In this document: positions 17,526 to 26,295 of the stretch, piece after piece
How positions within the stretch are numbered: position 1 is the stretch's first letter
Layout: every line of letters begins with the position of its first letter
Assembly: GCA_040081625.1 (NCBI GenBank)
Contig: JBEBGD010000013.1
Span: 1-64,000 of the forward strand
Source: Chthoniobacteraceae bacterium
Lineage (GTDB): Bacteria > Verrucomicrobiota > Verrucomicrobiia > Chthoniobacterales > Chthoniobacteraceae
DNA length: 64,000 nt
Direction: 5' to 3'
Program-made: the position numbers and the translations under genes
The notes under the pieces: generated by a model
Told to the model about the DNA's origin: nothing
The model's input: the letters and a program-made list of their open reading frames with translations, nothing else
The model's database searches: none

Positions 17526-18853
17526 TCATCCCCACGACACGCCTCATCCTTTTTGCCGCGGTAATTCTTCCGCCGTTCGCGGCGCTCGCGGCGATGTGGC
17601 CGCCGGCGGCGATGATCGCAGCGCTGCTTGCGAGTGGACTGGCTGTGGTCGCGCTCCTGGACGCGCTGCGTGCGCCTGCGGTGTTGCGCGCGCTGCGCGT
17701 CGAGGCGCCGCCGTTCGCGCGGCTGCACAAGGGCCGCGAGGGGTCGTTCGAGCTGAGGTTCGTGCGCGATGCCGGCGGGCCGCGCAGCCTGCGCGTGGGC
17801 TGCGCCTTGCCGGCGGCGTTCGATTCGCGCGAGGAGGTCCGCGACGTGCGACTTCCCGCCGGTGCGGACGTAGCGACTGTCGCGTGGCCGTGCCTGCCTC
17901 GTGAGCGGGGGCTGTTTCATCCCGAGGCACTCGTGCTCGAGACGACATCGCCGCTCGGCTTGTGGGCGTGGCGCGAACGCCGGGAGATCGCCATGGAACT
18001 GCGCGTGCATCCCGATCTCCTCGCGGAGCGCCAGCGCGTGGCGGCGCTTTTCCTCCGGCGTGGAATGCTCGGCGCGCACACCCAGCGGCGCGCGGGGCAG
18101 GGTCGCGAGTTCGAGAAGCTGCGCGACTATCTGCCCGGCGACAGCCTCGGCGATGTCCACTGGAAGGCATCGGCCAAGCGCAGTCATCTCGTCACGAAGA
18201 TCCACCAGATCGAGCGCACGCATGAAGTGTATGTGGTCATCGACGCATCGCGGCTTTCGGCGCGTGTCGTCGAAGCCGACGAGCGGGTGCCCGCGCTCGA
18301 GCGCTACGTGACGGCGGCGCTCATCCTCGGCGCGGCGGCGGAGCGGCAGGGCGATCAATTCGGGCTGATCACGTTCAGCGATCGCGTGCTCACCTTCCTC
18401 CGCGCGCGCAATGGACAAGGCCACTTCGACACGTGCCGCGACAAGCTCTACACGCTCCAGCCGCAGCCCGTGACGCCGGATTTCGACGATCTTTGCGCCT
18501 TCCTCCGCACCCGGCTGAACAAGCGCGCGCTCGTCATCTTTCTCACGGCGCTCGACGATCCCTTTCTCGCCGAGAGCTTCGTGAATGCGACGCAGCTCAT
18601 CGCACGGCAGCACCTCATCCTCGTGAACATGATGCGCCCACCCGGCGTTCGCCCGGTGTTTGAAAACGCGGACGTGAAGCGGCTCGACGATCTCTACCGC
18701 GAACTCGGCGGCCACTTGCAGTGGGAAAAGTTGCGCGAACTCGAACGCGTGCTGCGCCGACGCGGCATTCGTTTCTCACTGCTCGATCCGCTGATGATCG
18801 CCGCCCAACTCGTGAAGCAGCACGCCGAGGTGCGGCAGCGCGAACTGGTCTAG
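17522..18853 (+). CDS. DUF58 / vWA-like MoxR partner protein
   Basis: GREFEKLRDYLPGD...VHWKASA, VVIDAS, GDQFGL.FSD; GTGA overlap with moxR. Confidence 0.9.
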   Translation: MIIPTTRLILFAAVILPPFAALAAMWPPAAMIAALLASGLAVVALLDALRAPAVLRALRVEAPPFARLHKGREGSFELRFVRDAGGPRSLRVGCALPAAFDSREEVRDVRLPAGADVATVAWPCLPRERGLFHPEALVLETTSPLGLWAWRERREIAMELRVHPDLLAERQRVAALFLRRGMLGAHTQRRAGQGREFEKLRDYLPGDSLGDVHWKASAKRSHLVTKIHQIERTHEVYVVIDASRLSARVVEADERVPALERYVTAALILGAAAERQGDQFGLITFSDRVLTFLRARNGQGHFDTCRDKLYTLQPQPVTPDFDDLCAFLRTRLNKRALVIFLTALDDPFLAESFVNATQLIARQHLILVNMMRPPGVRPVFENADVKRLDDLYRELGGHLQWEKLRELERVLRRRGIRFSLLDPLMIAAQLVKQHAEVRQRELV

Positions 18854-19293
18854 CCGCCGCTGCCGGGCGGCGTGGTGAGATAGCGGAGGCGGCGCGAGAA
18901 GATCAGCCACGCACCCGCGCCGAGAAATCCGGCAATGCCCAGGCCGACGAGGCGCACCGCCGGTGTTCCGGCGCGCTCGGGATCATTGAGCGCCATCAGC
19001 ATGCGGAAGCCGAAATATCCGGCGAGCAGCACGAGCAGAATGACGAGGACGTAGCGCGCCCAGTCCTGGCGGTTCCAGATCGCGCCGAGCAGCAGCGCAC
19101 TGGAGATCGCTCCGCCAAAGAGCACGCCGACGACCGGGCGGCCGTCGGGCTCGCTCATGGAGAGGAAAAAGAGGAGCGCGAAGTTTGCGCAGAGCAGCAG
19201 GATCACGGACGCGAGTTGGAAGCGCGCGCGCGCCTTGCGGTTCACGTGACGGCGATGCGAATCGGACGGGGCTGTGGAGGTGCTGTCGCTCAT
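18850..19293 (-). CDS. Hypothetical four-TM membrane protein
   Basis: Four hydrophobic helices; convergent on the DUF58 gene. Confidence 0.7.
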   Translation of the reverse strand: MSDSTSTAPSDSHRRHVNRKARARFQLASVILLLCANFALLFFLSMSEPDGRPVVGVLFGGAISSALLLGAIWNRQDWARYVLVILLVLLAGYFGFRMLMALNDPERAGTPAVRLVGLGIAGFLGAGAWLIFSRRLRYLTTPPGSGG

Positions 19294-19304
19294 GTCGCGC
19301 GAGA

Positions 19305-20921
19305 TTACGGAGCGGCGGGCGAGAGTTCAATGATTCGTCCCGGCAACCAGCCGAGTTTTTCGCGGAAGTTTGTGGGCCGCGTGTATTCGAGGATCAGCGC
19401 GCGCCCGGGGCCGGCGCGGACGATGTCGAGTGGCCGGCCGAGCGGCGCGAGCATGGTGGTGATGCGCGCGGTCCACGCTCCGTCGCGCTGCTGCATCGCC
19501 GCCGAGAGCACGTCAAAGCCGACGTCCTCAGGCGACGCGGGCGGGCCGAGCAGATTGCCGAAGCGCGTGATGAGGAAAGTGCGGCGCAGCGGCGCGGGCC
19601 AGTCGTCGCCGCACCAGATGAGGCCACCGGGGCTCGAGTGCGGGTCGAAGGTCGCGAGCGGCTTGTCTTCCGCGCCGCCGGCGGCGGGGCCGAAATTTCG
19701 CACCGGCGGCGTGAACTCGATGCCCGGCGGCGGCGCGGGCGTGTGCGGGTAGGGCGAGCCGGGCTTCACGGGCCAGTCGGCGAACTGAAACGGAAAGCCG
19801 TAGTGTTCGCCGCGCTCGATGCAGTCCATCTCTTCGGCGGGGTTCTCGTTCGGGCCGTTGCTCACGCCGAAGAGGCGGCCATCGCCGTCGAAGGCGAGGC
19901 CCCACGCGTTGCGAATGCCGCGTGCGAAGACCTCGATCTGCGGCTGGTCCGCGCGCGGGTCGAGCCTCCACACGCACGCGGTTACGTCCGTTTCGCCGCC
20001 ATTGAAATAACGCGGATCGTTCCCAGCCTCGCCGCCGTCGGTGCGTGATCCGCTGTTGATGTAGAGCATTCCATCCGGGCCAAACGCCATCCCGCTGACG
20101 CCATGATTGAATGGCCCGACGCCCCACGGATAACGCGTCCTGAACCACGCCTGCGGCTTCGCCGGCTCTGCACTGGTGCGCCAGATCGTGACTTCGTTTT
20201 GCACGAGTTCGACGCCTTCGGTGATGCGCTCGTTCGTGACGAAGTAGAGGCGGCCATCGACGGATTGCGCCATGCCGACCGCGGTGAGATCGCGCGGCGT
20301 GTCGCCGAGATAATCGCCCGCGCGGATGAGCAGTTGCGGCGTGCCGCTGGCGCGATCGAGTGAATAGACGCTGCCCTTGAGCGCGAGCACATACACCGTC
20401 GCACCGTCGCCGCGCGTGGCGAGGCGCGTGCAGAGCTCGGGGAGAGGCGCGACTTCGCGCACCGCCCAGCCCGCGGGCGGCTGCGGCAGCGGTTGGAAGG
20501 CGGATGCTTTTACGAGGGCCTCGAAGGTCTTGAACTTCGTGCGCTGGCGCGCGGCGCGCACTTCGTCGGCAGTGAAGACCGGCGCGGAGTTGCCCCACGA
20601 GTTCGTCGCGAAGGTGAGCACGTCGGCGACCTGCCCGTCGTCGAGGATCTGCGCGGGCATCACATTCGAATAGGCCTGGCCGTTGACGACGATCGGGCCG
20701 TCGAGGCCTTCGCACAGCGACTTGATCGCGCGCACGCGCTGCGCGAGCAGCCAGTCGCTCCGTGCGAGCGGCGGATAGACGGGCGGCACGCCGGCGCCAT
20801 TGAGCTGATGGCAGATCACGCACTTCGCCGTGTAGAGTTCCGCGCCCCGCCGCATTTGCGCGGCGTCTGGCGCAGCGAGTGCCAGTGCGGGGAGGAGAAT
20901 GAGAGCGCGAAAGGCGGACAC
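19305..20921 (-). CDS. Cytochrome c fused to a glucose/sorbosone-dehydrogenase-like beta-propeller
   Basis: Signal peptide; CVICH heme motif with distal Met (NVMPAQ); propeller motifs FGPDGMLY..GS, GIRNAWGL.FD, YGFP, HSSPGG. GTG start inferred. Confidence 0.8.
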   Translation of the reverse strand: MSAFRALILLPALALAAPDAAQMRRGAELYTAKCVICHQLNGAGVPPVYPPLARSDWLLAQRVRAIKSLCEGLDGPIVVNGQAYSNVMPAQILDDGQVADVLTFATNSWGNSAPVFTADEVRAARQRTKFKTFEALVKASAFQPLPQPPAGWAVREVAPLPELCTRLATRGDGATVYVLALKGSVYSLDRASGTPQLLIRAGDYLGDTPRDLTAVGMAQSVDGRLYFVTNERITEGVELVQNEVTIWRTSAEPAKPQAWFRTRYPWGVGPFNHGVSGMAFGPDGMLYINSGSRTDGGEAGNDPRYFNGGETDVTACVWRLDPRADQPQIEVFARGIRNAWGLAFDGDGRLFGVSNGPNENPAEEMDCIERGEHYGFPFQFADWPVKPGSPYPHTPAPPPGIEFTPPVRNFGPAAGGAEDKPLATFDPHSSPGGLIWCGDDWPAPLRRTFLITRFGNLLGPPASPEDVGFDVLSAAMQQRDGAWTARITTMLAPLGRPLDIVRAGPGRALILEYTRPTNFREKLGWLPGRIIELSPAAP

Positions 20922-20931
20922 GCCGCGTGTT

Positions 20932-22179
20932 CTAGTGCCGTCCGATGAACTTCTCCAGCGCGCCGCCGAGCAAGTCGTGAACGTCGCGCTCAATCTCCGC
21001 GCGGGTCGGCTCCCAGCCGGTCGCGGCGAGGTCGTCGTATTTGTCGGCGAGCGCGTTGCCGATGATCGCGCGGCTGTGCTTCCACTTATAAACAAGCTGA
21101 TCGAGCACGCGGCAGTCGCTGTGCTGCGGCGTCATCGAAGTGCCGATGAGTTCGAGGCGCATCCGCGTCGTCTCGTCGATGAGCTGCGGGATGTTCATGA
21201 ACCACCAGCAGCCGAAGACGTGGAGGTTGCGGAATTTGCGCGCGGAGACGCAGAGCGCGTGCTGGTTCTCCCGCGCGAGCATGGTGCAGAGGAATCTGTT
21301 TTGCGGAAACGCCGCGCAGAGCCGCTCGACGGCGCCAACATCCGCCGGGCCGACGCTGTCGCCGGCGAGCCGCAACGCGGGGTTCGCCGCGCGGGTTACG
21401 CCGATCATCAGCGCGAAGGCCTGATCGTGGTCGCGCCCGTGCGGCATGATCGCGTGCTCGATGATCTGCGCGGCTGGACCGTTGTCGGGGAAGGCGAACT
21501 CCGGCGGGAGCGAGACCATGCAATACTGCGAGTCGATTCGCTTCGTCCAATCGCCGAGGAAGCGCCGGATGCCGTCGAAGGTTTTCGCGTTCAGCTCGGG
21601 CGTCACGTCGTAGCCCCACGCGCGCAGCTTCGGCACCGTGTTCGGCCAATCGACGAGCAGGGGATCGATGCGAAGCGCCGCGACGAAGCGCGGGTCGCGC
21701 TCGAAGCCGCGCTCCCACACGGGCCGCTCGAGATCGTCGAAGGGCGAGTTGGTCATGCAAATCTTGCGCACGCTCGCCGCCTCGCAGCAGCGCGCGATGA
21801 ACGCGTCCGGCTGCCACTGCGCGTATTGGCGGCGCAGCGCCGCGAGGTCGCGCTTCTTTACGTCGAAGCCGAGCGCGTTCAGGCAGGTGAGCACGCCACG
21901 ACACGCTTCGCTGATGGGCGAGTGCCGGATGAAGAGCGCGTCCCACACGACTTCGGCCTGCTGCGCCTTTGGAAGGGCGAAGAATTTCCCCTCCGGCAGA
22001 TCGTGCCAGCGAAACGCCTCGGCGACGAGGTAGTGGTAGATGAGCAGTTCATCGAGCCCCCACAGCAGCAGCTCGCCGAACGCCGCGTCATAGAGGTGCG
22101 TGTGGATGTCGAAGACGGGCGTCTCGTCCACGATCGTGCGGACGAGCGCGCCGAGGGAATGCGAGCGCTCATGAGTCAT
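20932..22179 (-). CDS. uxaC: Uronate (glucuronate) isomerase, amidohydrolase fold
   Basis: DIHTHL, YHYLVAE, FGCWWF, QHSDCRVLDQLVYKW. Confidence 0.85.
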   Translation of the reverse strand: MTHERSHSLGALVRTIVDETPVFDIHTHLYDAAFGELLLWGLDELLIYHYLVAEAFRWHDLPEGKFFALPKAQQAEVVWDALFIRHSPISEACRGVLTCLNALGFDVKKRDLAALRRQYAQWQPDAFIARCCEAASVRKICMTNSPFDDLERPVWERGFERDPRFVAALRIDPLLVDWPNTVPKLRAWGYDVTPELNAKTFDGIRRFLGDWTKRIDSQYCMVSLPPEFAFPDNGPAAQIIEHAIMPHGRDHDQAFALMIGVTRAANPALRLAGDSVGPADVGAVERLCAAFPQNRFLCTMLARENQHALCVSARKFRNLHVFGCWWFMNIPQLIDETTRMRLELIGTSMTPQHSDCRVLDQLVYKWKHSRAIIGNALADKYDDLAATGWEPTRAEIERDVHDLLGGALEKFIGRH

Positions 22180-22258
22180 GCCTGAGTAAGACTCCGCAGC
22201 CCGCGTGGCGAAAGGCTGGTGATGGTGGCGGCGTAAACTGGCGCGGGAATCCGGCTGG

Positions 22259-24226
22259 CTAGTTCGCCTCCGGTTTCACCGGCTCCGCGCGGCGCACCGG
22301 TGTGCCGTCCTCGGTTTTCTCTTCCATCGGCTTCGAGGCTTCCTCCTCCTTCTTCTTCGCTTTCTTCACCTTCTTCTCGATGGGGTAGAGCTGCTTGAGG
22401 ACCTGGCCGATCATCGGCGCGGCCTGGGTGCCTCCGTGGACGTCGTCGTTGTTGGCGTCGCCTTCGTAGAGGGCGGCGAAGGCGTAGCGCGGTTTGTCGG
22501 CGGGGACGAAGCCGACGAACCACGCGGCGGTGCGTTCGTTGTTCTTCGGGCCCCATTGCGCGGTGCCGGTCTTGCCGGCGACGACGACGTGATCGAGCGA
22601 CGCGCGGCCGGCGGTGCCACTGCCGCTGTTGACGACATTGATGAGGCCTTTGCGCAGCGCGGAGGCGACTTGTTTATCCATCTCGACCACGCCGCGGGCA
22701 CGCGCGTCGTAGGCGGTGACGATGGCGCTGTCGAGGCTCTGCACCTGCTGGACGAGCCGCATCTGGAGCAGCGTGCCCCCGTTACCGATCGCGGCGATCG
22801 CCTGCGCCATCTGGAGCGGCGAGATGAGTGTGTCGCCCTGGCCGATGGAGAGGTTGGCGATGTCGCCGGGCATGAATTTGCGCTTATAGACCTTGAGCAT
22901 GTAGTCGTCGGTCGGGATGCGACCGCCGGTCTCCGAGGCGAGCGGGATGCCGGTGCGCACGCCGAGACCGAGGCGCTGCGCGGTCTCGTAGATGGGCCGC
23001 GCGCCGACGCGGAGGCCCATCTGGTAGAAGTAGGTGTTGCAGCTCTGCGTGAGCGCTTCGACGAAGTTGAGTTCGCCCGCGCCTTCCTTCTTCCAGTTGC
23101 GAAAGGTGAGGTTGCCGATCTCCATCGCATTGGGGCAGTTGAAGGTGTCGTCGGGTGCGATCTTGCCGCCCTGCATCGCGGCGAGGCCGACGAAGACCTT
23201 GAACGTCGAGCCCGGCGGATACGCGGAGCGATAGGCGCGCGGGATGAGCGGGTTCTCCGGGTTGTTGCGCAGCGCGTCGAAGTCGGCCTGCGAGATGGTC
23301 GGCACAAACCAATTCGGGTTGATCGGCGGCCACGAGGCGAGCGCGAGCACGTCGCCTTGATTCGCATCGATGAAGACGATCGCGCCGCGCTTGCAATTGC
23401 GGGCGAGCGACTCCTCGCACATGCGTTGAAGGCCGAGGTCGAGGGTGGTGACGACGTTGTAGCCGGGCGATGGCGGCAGCAGGACTTGCTCGCTGGCTTT
23501 GCGGCCGGTCGGGTCGAAGGAGAGGTTGAGCTGGCCGACCTTGCCCTTGAGCTGGTCGTCGAACATTTGCTCGAGCCCGTCGCGCCCCTCGCTGTCGGGC
23601 CACAGCAGATCGTTGTTCTCGATGATCTTGTCGGGCATCTTCCCCGCGCGTCCCGCGTAGCCGATCACGTGTCCGGCGAGATCGCCCTGCGGATACCAGC
23701 GCAGATAGACGGGCTGAAGCACGAGCGCGTCGGACTTCTGCTCCCTGATTTTCCCGACCTCAAACTCCTTGAGATCCTGCGCGATGATCAGCGGCAGCAC
23801 GCCGCGGTTTTTGTAGTGCTTGAGCAGCGCCTCTTCGCCGATGGAGATGGGCCGGCCGGTGAGCGATCGCGCGAGGATGATCTGCTGCTCGGTGAAGCGC
23901 TTCAGCGCCGTGTCGTCGAACGCGAGCGGCGTCGGGAAGGCGATGCCGAGATTGTAGCTCACGCGCGTCTGCGCGAGCGGCGCGCCGTTGCGGTCGGTGA
24001 TCTGTCCGCGCGGCGCGGGGATGCCGAGCAGGTAAGTGCGCGCGCCCTTCTGCGTCTCCCACGTCGGCTGAAAAGTGTTCGCGCCGGGCGTCGCCACCGG
24101 CTTCGCCGCAGGCGGGCCGGGCAGCACGAGGTCGGGCTTGTTGACGGCGAGCGGACGCACCGTCGTCACGGGATTCTGCCCGTGAGCAGAGACGCAGATG
24201 AAGGCGAGAAAAAGGATGCGGCGCAT
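22259..24226 (-). CDS. mrdA: Class B penicillin-binding protein (PBP2-like transpeptidase)
   Basis: PAPRGQITDRNG pedestal; SxxK (STFK), SxN (SCN), KTG (KTGTAQ). ATG at 24226. Confidence 0.85.
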   Translation of the reverse strand: MRRILFLAFICVSAHGQNPVTTVRPLAVNKPDLVLPGPPAAKPVATPGANTFQPTWETQKGARTYLLGIPAPRGQITDRNGAPLAQTRVSYNLGIAFPTPLAFDDTALKRFTEQQIILARSLTGRPISIGEEALLKHYKNRGVLPLIIAQDLKEFEVGKIREQKSDALVLQPVYLRWYPQGDLAGHVIGYAGRAGKMPDKIIENNDLLWPDSEGRDGLEQMFDDQLKGKVGQLNLSFDPTGRKASEQVLLPPSPGYNVVTTLDLGLQRMCEESLARNCKRGAIVFIDANQGDVLALASWPPINPNWFVPTISQADFDALRNNPENPLIPRAYRSAYPPGSTFKVFVGLAAMQGGKIAPDDTFNCPNAMEIGNLTFRNWKKEGAGELNFVEALTQSCNTYFYQMGLRVGARPIYETAQRLGLGVRTGIPLASETGGRIPTDDYMLKVYKRKFMPGDIANLSIGQGDTLISPLQMAQAIAAIGNGGTLLQMRLVQQVQSLDSAIVTAYDARARGVVEMDKQVASALRKGLINVVNSGSGTAGRASLDHVVVAGKTGTAQWGPKNNERTAAWFVGFVPADKPRYAFAALYEGDANNDDVHGGTQAAPMIGQVLKQLYPIEKKVKKAKKKEEEASKPMEEKTEDGTPVRRAEPVKPEAN

Positions 24227-24291
24227 CGGGAAAAGCGGCGCGCAGTATGGATGCTCGCGCCTTTGCGCGCCAGCGCGCGCTTCGGGGCCGA

Positions 24292-25068
24292 TTAGTTGGC
24301 GGCCTTCGGCTTCGCGCCGACGTTGGGGCGGAAGGTTTTTTGCGCGCCGGTGAACGGATCGAGTTGGACGGTCGCGTAGTTGACGTCCTTGATGTCCTTC
24401 TTCTGCTCGATGTCCGAGAGGTTCATCACGGTCACATACCATGTGTCGCTCTTGTCCTCGGCAGCGGCACCGTCAGTGCCTTTCTTGGCCTTGGCCGGCA
24501 GATTCGTCGAGCCATCGGGCAGGAAGCGGATGGTGAGCCACTGGTAGTTCTTCGCGACCTTTCGGCCATTGATCTCGACCGGAATCTCCGGCGCCGTCGG
24601 CTCCTGCGTGGCGTCGATGAAGGGGCCGCGCAGTTCTTCATCGAGCAGCGTCGAGTAGCGTCGATCCTCCTGGGTCGCCTCGTCCGAGGGGCTCAGCGCC
24701 GTCATGCGCGGCAGGCGATGAAACGGCCCGGCGGGAACGGCAGCGCCGTTTTCGATGAGCTCAAAAACCTGAACCCCGCGCCACTGGCCCTTCGCGGGCA
24801 TGTCGATGACTTCGCCCGGCGTCTCCGGATCGCCGAAGCGGTAGAAGCGAAAATCAACCGTCCGATTGCGGCTCAGCGCGAGCTGGCGCGCAAAGCCCAG
24901 CTGGTCGGCGACAAGTTGCGAGGCTTGCGTGAGCTGCGAGCCTCGGATGATCTGGTTCGCCGCAGGCACCACGAAGACCATGATGACGGCGATGACCGCG
25001 ATGACCGCGAGCAACTCGACGAGCGTAAATCCGGGGCGGCGGGCGGCGGGATGAAAGGTCCGGTTCAT
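24292..25068 (-). CDS. Verru_Chthon cassette protein D-like prepilin-type protein
   Basis: Class III signal G|FTLVELL, then L..ARQLALSRNR.V.FRFY and C-terminal IRFLPDGST...NY..VQLDPFTG. Confidence 0.8.
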   Translation of the reverse strand: MNRTFHPAARRPGFTLVELLAVIAVIAVIMVFVVPAANQIIRGSQLTQASQLVADQLGFARQLALSRNRTVDFRFYRFGDPETPGEVIDMPAKGQWRGVQVFELIENGAAVPAGPFHRLPRMTALSPSDEATQEDRRYSTLLDEELRGPFIDATQEPTAPEIPVEINGRKVAKNYQWLTIRFLPDGSTNLPAKAKKGTDGAAAEDKSDTWYVTVMNLSDIEQKKDIKDVNYATVQLDPFTGAQKTFRPNVGAKPKAAN

Positions 25069-25132
25069 GGGGATGATTTACTTTGTGCCAACAATGCGAG
25101 GAATGTGGAAATCGTCCAGCGGGAGTTTGCCC

Positions 25133-26233
25133 TCACGCCGGCACGAAGACACTCTTCGCCGACTGCCAGCTCGCCGTCATCTCCAGCGCCTCATTCGCGC
25201 GCTCGAGCGGGAAGCGGTGCGTGACCATCTCGTGAAACGGAAAGCGCTCGCGATTCACGCGCAGGAACTCGATCGCCTGCCGCAAGTGCCGCGGCTCGCT
25301 CGACCACGATCCGAAGACCTGGAGCTGCTTGCGCGTGATCACGTGCGGGTTCCACGTCACGGGCCCGGCGTCGCAGTAGTGGCCGAGCACGAGATATTTT
25401 CCGCCATCGCGGCAAAGCTCCATGCCCTCGACGACCGCCTGCGGCATGCCGACGCACTCGAGGACCACGTCCGCGCCGTTGCCGCCGGTCAGCTCGCGCA
25501 CGAGCGCGAGACGCGCCGCCGGCTCGCGCACCACGTCGATGTCGATGACGTGATCCGCGCCGAATCGCCGCGCAAGCTCCAGCCGCGCCTTCGGTCCGCC
25601 GATGACGATGACCTGCGAAGCACCCGCGCTCTTCGCCACCGCGAGCGCGGCGATGCCGACCGGCCCCGCACCTTGCACGACCACGCTGTCGCGCCACGCG
25701 ATGCCGGTGCGCTCGACGCCGTGGATCGCCGTGATGAGCGCGCAGCCCGCACCGATGACCGACTCGGTCGGCAGATCGTCCGGCAGCTTGAAGATCGTCG
25801 TGCGCGGCCGCAGGTAGTGGAAGTCCGCGTAGCCACCGAGCAAGTGCGGCGGCTCGTCGCAGCGGTAGCCGATGCCGTAGGCGCGCCGGTGCGGGCAGCG
25901 CGTCGGCTGCTTTTTCTCCGCGCAGTAATAACACGCGCCGCACGACACCGCGGAGTTCCACGTTACGCGATCGCCGACCGCGAGCGGCTGGCCGGTCCAG
26001 TCGCGCTCCACGCCCGCACCGAGGCGCTCGATGCGGCCGACCGTCTCGTGCCCCATGATGAGCGGCAGCGCGATCGGGAGCTGGCCGTGCCAGAGGTGAA
26101 TGTCGGTGCCGCAGATGCCGGCCATCTCGGTGCGCACGAGCACGGCGCCCGGCTCGAGCGACTCGGGCAGCGGCAGTTCGCGAAGTTCGAGCGGAGCGTG
26201 AAAGGCGGTGAGGACGGCGGCGCGGGATTTCAT
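25133..26233 (-). CDS. Zinc-binding alcohol dehydrogenase (MDR family)
   Basis: GICGTD, GHE, structural Zn site CGACYYC...C, GAGPVG Rossmann motif. Confidence 0.92.
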   Translation of the reverse strand: MKSRAAVLTAFHAPLELRELPLPESLEPGAVLVRTEMAGICGTDIHLWHGQLPIALPLIMGHETVGRIERLGAGVERDWTGQPLAVGDRVTWNSAVSCGACYYCAEKKQPTRCPHRRAYGIGYRCDEPPHLLGGYADFHYLRPRTTIFKLPDDLPTESVIGAGCALITAIHGVERTGIAWRDSVVVQGAGPVGIAALAVAKSAGASQVIVIGGPKARLELARRFGADHVIDIDVVREPAARLALVRELTGGNGADVVLECVGMPQAVVEGMELCRDGGKYLVLGHYCDAGPVTWNPHVITRKQLQVFGSWSSEPRHLRQAIEFLRVNRERFPFHEMVTHRFPLERANEALEMTASWQSAKSVFVPA

Positions 26234-26295
26234 CTGGAGCGAGAAAAAGCGCTTCCCCGAGGAACTGGCAACGCCACACTCGTGCGCACTTCCCC

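Noticed and set aside
25081..25100. Possible sigma54 promoter (TTGGCAC, minus strand) upstream of the pilin-like gene
   Set aside because: No TTGC -12 element at the required spacing.
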